A DNA stretch of 63,596 nt, filler included, from Basidioascus undulatus (taxonomy: Eukaryota): the NCBI GenBank assembly GCA_000826855.1. It is 6 parts of 6 records of this genome, joined end to end, with 100 filler letters (N's around TTAATTAATTAA, not from the genome) between each part and the next. Parts side by side here need not be neighbours in the genome. Positions count along the whole stretch, not along the records: positions 56,499 to 63,596 come from JTLS01001616.1; 5 more parts are not named here. One strand, given 5' to 3'. The notes beneath the pieces were generated by a model. That model worked only from the letters and a program-made list of their open reading frames with translations, made no database searches and was not told where the DNA came from. Below are positions 61,574 to 63,596 of the stretch, piece by piece. The stretch's first letter is position 1; the number at the start of each line of letters is the position of its first letter. The position numbers were made by a program, and so were the translations under genes.

Positions 61574-63596
61574 TCAAGCAGCGCCCTCCTCTTCCCCCTC
61601 CTTCTCCTTCGCCTCCTCCTTCGCCCCCTCGCCCTCATCCACCGTCCCCGACTCCCGCATCTCCACCTCCCCTCCCTGGGCCTCCTCCGTCTTGTCCGCT
61701 CCACCCTCACCCTGATCCTCACCCTCCTTCTCCTTGCCCTCCGTCTCTTCCTCCTTCTTCTCCTCCCCTCCCCCTTCCCCTCCCTCGCCCCCTCTCCGCA
61801 CCTGGCCCCACTCAATCTCCTCCGCCCTCGGGATAATTCCCTTCTCATCTTTCTTCTCCTTCTCCTTCTCCTCCTCCTCATTCTTCTTCTCCCCATTCTC
61901 CCCATTCTCCCCATTCTCCCCATTCACCGCCCCCGCCCCCTCCTTCTTCTCTTCCACCGGCGTGCCCGGCGTGCCCGTGGGCGTGCCGTTTGAAGTAGCA
62001 GGGGGAGCGGGCGGCGGGGGCGGGTTGCGGATGAGGCCCTCGAGCTTAACGAGGTCCCACGCGCTGCCGAGGCGTGGGGGCACGTTCGGCTGCGTCTCCG
62101 GGAGGGCGGAGAATAGGTGGAGGTGCGTGCGCGCGGCGAGGCGGAGGCCGCGCCAGGTGGCGGACTCTTTGGTCTGTGGCCACCACGACCCCATCAATCA
62201 GTCTGCGCAATCTTCGTAAAGGCAGCCCTCCCAGCGCAAGAGAGAATTAAGCGGCGCACCTCCTCAGTCCTCCTCAGCTCCGCATCCCCCTCCCCCTTCT
62301 CGCCCTCCTCCAGCCCCAGCTCAGTCCTCCTCTTCTTCCGCTCCAAATCCGTCCTCTTCCACAGCCTCGCATAGTGTCCCACAGGCGGGAGCCTATCCTC
62401 CCCACCGCACCGCCATCAGCATCCTCTCCTCTCTTCTCCTCTCCTATCTTCTCCTCTCCTATCTTCTCCTCTCCTATCTTCTCCTCTCCTCTCTTCCCCT
62501 TTTATCCTTGAGACCGAGAAGAAGAACGCACCTCGGCGGCTCCGACAGGTCCTCCCTCCCCCCGTACCCCTCCCCCCACGCATCGCTGAGCGCCGGCGTG
62601 CCCCACGGGTGCGTAAGCGGCGGGTGCGCCGAAGGAGCGAAGAGCTTATCCCGCGCGGCGCGCGAGTCGAGGATGATCGACGGCGGGAGCGGCGCGAGCT
62701 CGACCGCGGGACAGTTTTCGGCTTTCCAGATCGCCTGAGCAGGGTCGGCGCCCCCGTCAGTTTCGGTGTTAAGGTGGAGAGAAGACAGGAGACCCACCCA
62801 GTGTTTCTCTCGCTTCAAGAGGTTGATCACCGCCCGAGTCAAGCGCGGTCCGTGCGCGGTGGGCGTGTTCTGCAGGGCCTTCACCGTGCGGGAGCGCATG
62901 TTGAACACCCAGTTACCCTGTTCCACCCACGCCACACCGCATCAGTTTTTCTCTCTTCTCGTCTCGGCACTAGGAAGGCCGGGCCCAGAAAGTGCGTTGA
63001 ATGAAAGAAGAAAGAAGAAAGGAAAGCAGGAAGGCAGGAAGGCAAGAAGCGCGCAAGGATGAAAGGGAGCGAGCAACGGAAAGAGAGGGAACGGAAAGAG
63101 AGGGAAGCCCGCGAGCGACGCACCAGTTCCTCCCCCGTCCTTACCCCGCTCTTGATGACCTTCTCGTTGGAGTTCTTGAGCACGTCCGCGCGCAGGCGCT
63201 CGCCGTCCTTGAGCGAGAACATGAACTGCAGCACGATCAAGATCTGGACGAGGATGATTAGGCGGAAATAGGGGTCGGCGATCTGTTCCATCCTCTCCAC
63301 AATCATTTAGTTGCCATCATGAAGAAAAAGCGAAGAAGGGGAAAACAAAGGAAGAGAACAGGGAGAGCAGACGCACCTCGAGCGGCAGCAGTTCAGGCGC
63401 TGTCAAGAACTCCGGGAAGAAGTAACCCCCCCCTTTCTTCCCCCGTTCCTCCACCTCCTCCTCATCCGCCGGTGCACTCCGCTTCACCTCCGCGGAGCCG
63501 TTCCCGCCCCCGCTTCCGGACAGCGCAGCCTCCTTCTTCGACTCGTCCTCGAAGAGCGCGAGAACCTTCGTGCAGAGCGTTTTGAAGCGCTCGACT
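61574..63596 (-). CDS. THOC1: THO complex subunit 1 (Hpr1/THOC1), 3' part
   Basis: FFPEFLTAPELLPLE|IADPYFRLIILVQILI, HGPRLTRAVINLLKREKHW|AIWKAENCP, WGTPALS; acidic tail. Confidence 0.85.
62424..62495. repeat. Intronic pyrimidine minisatellite (CTCCTCTCCTATCTT)n
   Basis: Directly visible 15-nt tandem units. Confidence 0.85.

Noticed and set aside
1..63596. tRNA, rRNA, snRNA, TPP riboswitch, CRISPR array
   Set aside because: No diagnostic motifs found by eye; a covariance-model scan would be needed to exclude small RNAs.

Overview
Intron-rich, GC-rich fungal DNA, most likely basidiomycete (short GT-AG introns, often with GTGCGT/GTGAGT donors). The window is not one locus. It is six contigs (27588, 7105, 7103, 7102, 7100 and 7098 bp) joined by artificial 100-nt N/TTAATTAATTAA/N linkers. 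Hand splicing gives conserved genes: LYAR-type zinc finger, SAC1, TEN1-like, URH1-like nucleoside hydrolase, ATG3 3' end, SFK1-like 3' end, SIS1-like DnaJ, ERG6, histone H3 3' end, ENP2/NOL10, DJ-1/PfpI and THOC1/HPR1. It also gives signalling and secreted genes (MHYT sensor, CAP/PR-1, ricin-B lectin, 7TM protein, LRR proteins, acidic and lysine-rich secreted proteins) and many broken lineage-specific genes (F-box-like, SDR, MYND). The best candidate for a little-described system is a gene at 47645->49198, open as far as the contig end. It fuses an RNase H1 N-terminal RNA:DNA hybrid-binding (Cauli_VI) domain, an NLS-like stretch and a SIM-like motif to a Pif1-family helicase. All family calls come from motifs recognised by eye; no searches were run and some exon boundaries are approximate.
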